Assembly: GCA_040954595.2 (NCBI GenBank)
Contig: CM082576.2
Span: 8,373,129 to 8,437,128, forward strand
Direction: 5' to 3'
Origin: Balanoglossus misakiensis
Taxonomy: Eukaryota; Animalia; Hemichordata
Length of the DNA: 64,000 nucleotides
Under the pieces are notes generated by a model. That model was not told the DNA's origin. It worked only from the letters and a program-made list of their open reading frames with translations, and made no database searches. The position numbers were made by a program, and so were the translations under genes. Position 1 is the first letter of the stretch. Every line of letters begins with the position of its first letter. Positions 62,549 to 64,000 of this stretch are shown piece by piece.

Positions 62549-64000
62549 TACTGACATACAGACATCACAGACAGGCAGAGAGTGAGAGACAGAGAAAGCG
62601 TTAACTGTAGGCGTCTGTATAGAAGGGCCATACCCGTGCAAAATTAATTTTAATAATATGCTTAAAGCGTCGTTTCATAACATAATGATTTCATCAAGCT
62701 CACAAACTTTGGGGTTTCCCCAAATCAATTGCAACGCACTGGGTCACAGTAAGGTCGCCGATTGTGCCCCAGGTCACCATTTGCAAGCTAGAATTTTTCT
62801 CAACTTTCAAAGTGTAGGAAAAGTTGTGTGGTTTCTCCCATCTCCGTCAGATATCCAAATTAGCGCTAATGCGTTTGCCGGCTAGAATGCGTATAAACGT
62901 TCGCCGTGACGAAATGTCCTAATTTTTGACAGTCGAGCTTCGCCTCCTGTCCCTTGCCTAACCCCCGCGAGATACGCCATATACCCTCCTCCACCAACTC
63001 CACCCACCCACCCAGTATGTGGGGCTCAACCGCATGAGGTGGGGGGATACCCATCGCATTGTTTAATTGACACGATTTCTTGAAATCTTTTCAGAAGTTC
63101 AGACTGCCCTTTTTTAACTTGAAGGGGGCGCCAATCCTAACAAGACGAGATAACTTGGTGTGATATTTCACATCTCAAGCATGAACCCACCCAATCCCCA
63201 GCCGCGAAAAAGTACATGATGAAACCCACAGCGTCTTGGCAGGTGTACAATTTTGCATTTTCCATACGAAGGGTGCCGCGGATTTCCACAAGGTCTTCCT
63301 CGACAAATGTCCCAAGCAGTTAAGCTCTCCCCAAGGAGAAACTTCTGCCAAGAAGAAAAAAAATGTTTTCTTTCCGGGGGCTGGGTTGAGTGCTCATATT
63401 TATCAATGGTCGTAATAGTTGTCTATGGAAAGACCCTCGCGACAAAGAATGGACATTTGGTGACATTAAAGGCTTTGAACGCCGAGGGTATGAACAAGTT
63501 CAAGCCTTCGTGCAGCTGGTGCCGACACTTTACAAGACGAAAAAACCCCCACACAGAAATGAGTTCATAATGAGAAATTAAACAAATCGCATTTCAAGAC
63601 GACAATCGTCGAAATAAGAGTATCTTAAATTTTGCGCTGACTGCATGCGTAAAACGGAAAAGACATATTGAATCGATGAAGACGGTTTTGTTGTCAATGG
63701 GCTCAGTCACATCCCGCTAAAATTATAAATGTTTGTTTTTCGTTATGAGATTTATTTGCCCCCTAAGTACTCATTTTGCGACTATAATGCTTTATTTTGC
63801 TGGCAATTTTTGTTTCAATTGTGGAGTTTGAGAAAACTGACGTTAATCTGTTTGAGCAAGATTCATCTGTTGACACGGAGCCAACCACTACAGGGGAACT
63901 GAATGAAACCTCTCCAGCCAGAGATTAAACACCATCATCTGTTAAACAATAGCGTATCAAATGAAGCTAAGTGCGACATTTTTGCTCGGAAGGAAGGAGA

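Noticed and set aside
62314-62641. ORFs with VCMY repeats
   Set aside because: They are translations of the (TACA)n(GACA)n microsatellite.

Overview
This window is eukaryotic (metazoan) genomic DNA with spliceosomal GT-AG introns. The proteins and exon structure suggest an invertebrate deuterostome such as a hemichordate or echinoderm, which is an inference. Three spliced genes were reconstructed by hand with frame-consistent splice sites. (1) An ether-a-go-go (KCNH1/5-type, Kv10) K+ channel lies on + with 9 coding exons from 8540 to 17008; its first coding exon was not found and probably lies upstream of the window. (2) Hedgehog acyltransferase HHAT lies on - with 10 coding exons from 27151 to 20820 (517 aa, catalytic His intact) and converges tail-to-tail with eag. 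(3) The homeobox gene goosecoid lies on - with 3 exons from 51852 to 43410 (233 aa, eh1 motif and K50 homeodomain) inside about 36 kb otherwise free of recognisable genes. The rest is introns and intergenic DNA with microsatellites, poly-G/C runs, decayed MITE-like repeats and a decayed LINE fragment; nearly all short ORFs in the track are spurious. No wholly new gene system was found. The best leads are a gsc promoter motif series resembling the vertebrate organizer distal/proximal elements, eag-HHAT microsynteny matching human 1q32, a candidate 15/18-nt eag microexon, and a perfect 29-bp hairpin between the converging 3' ends.
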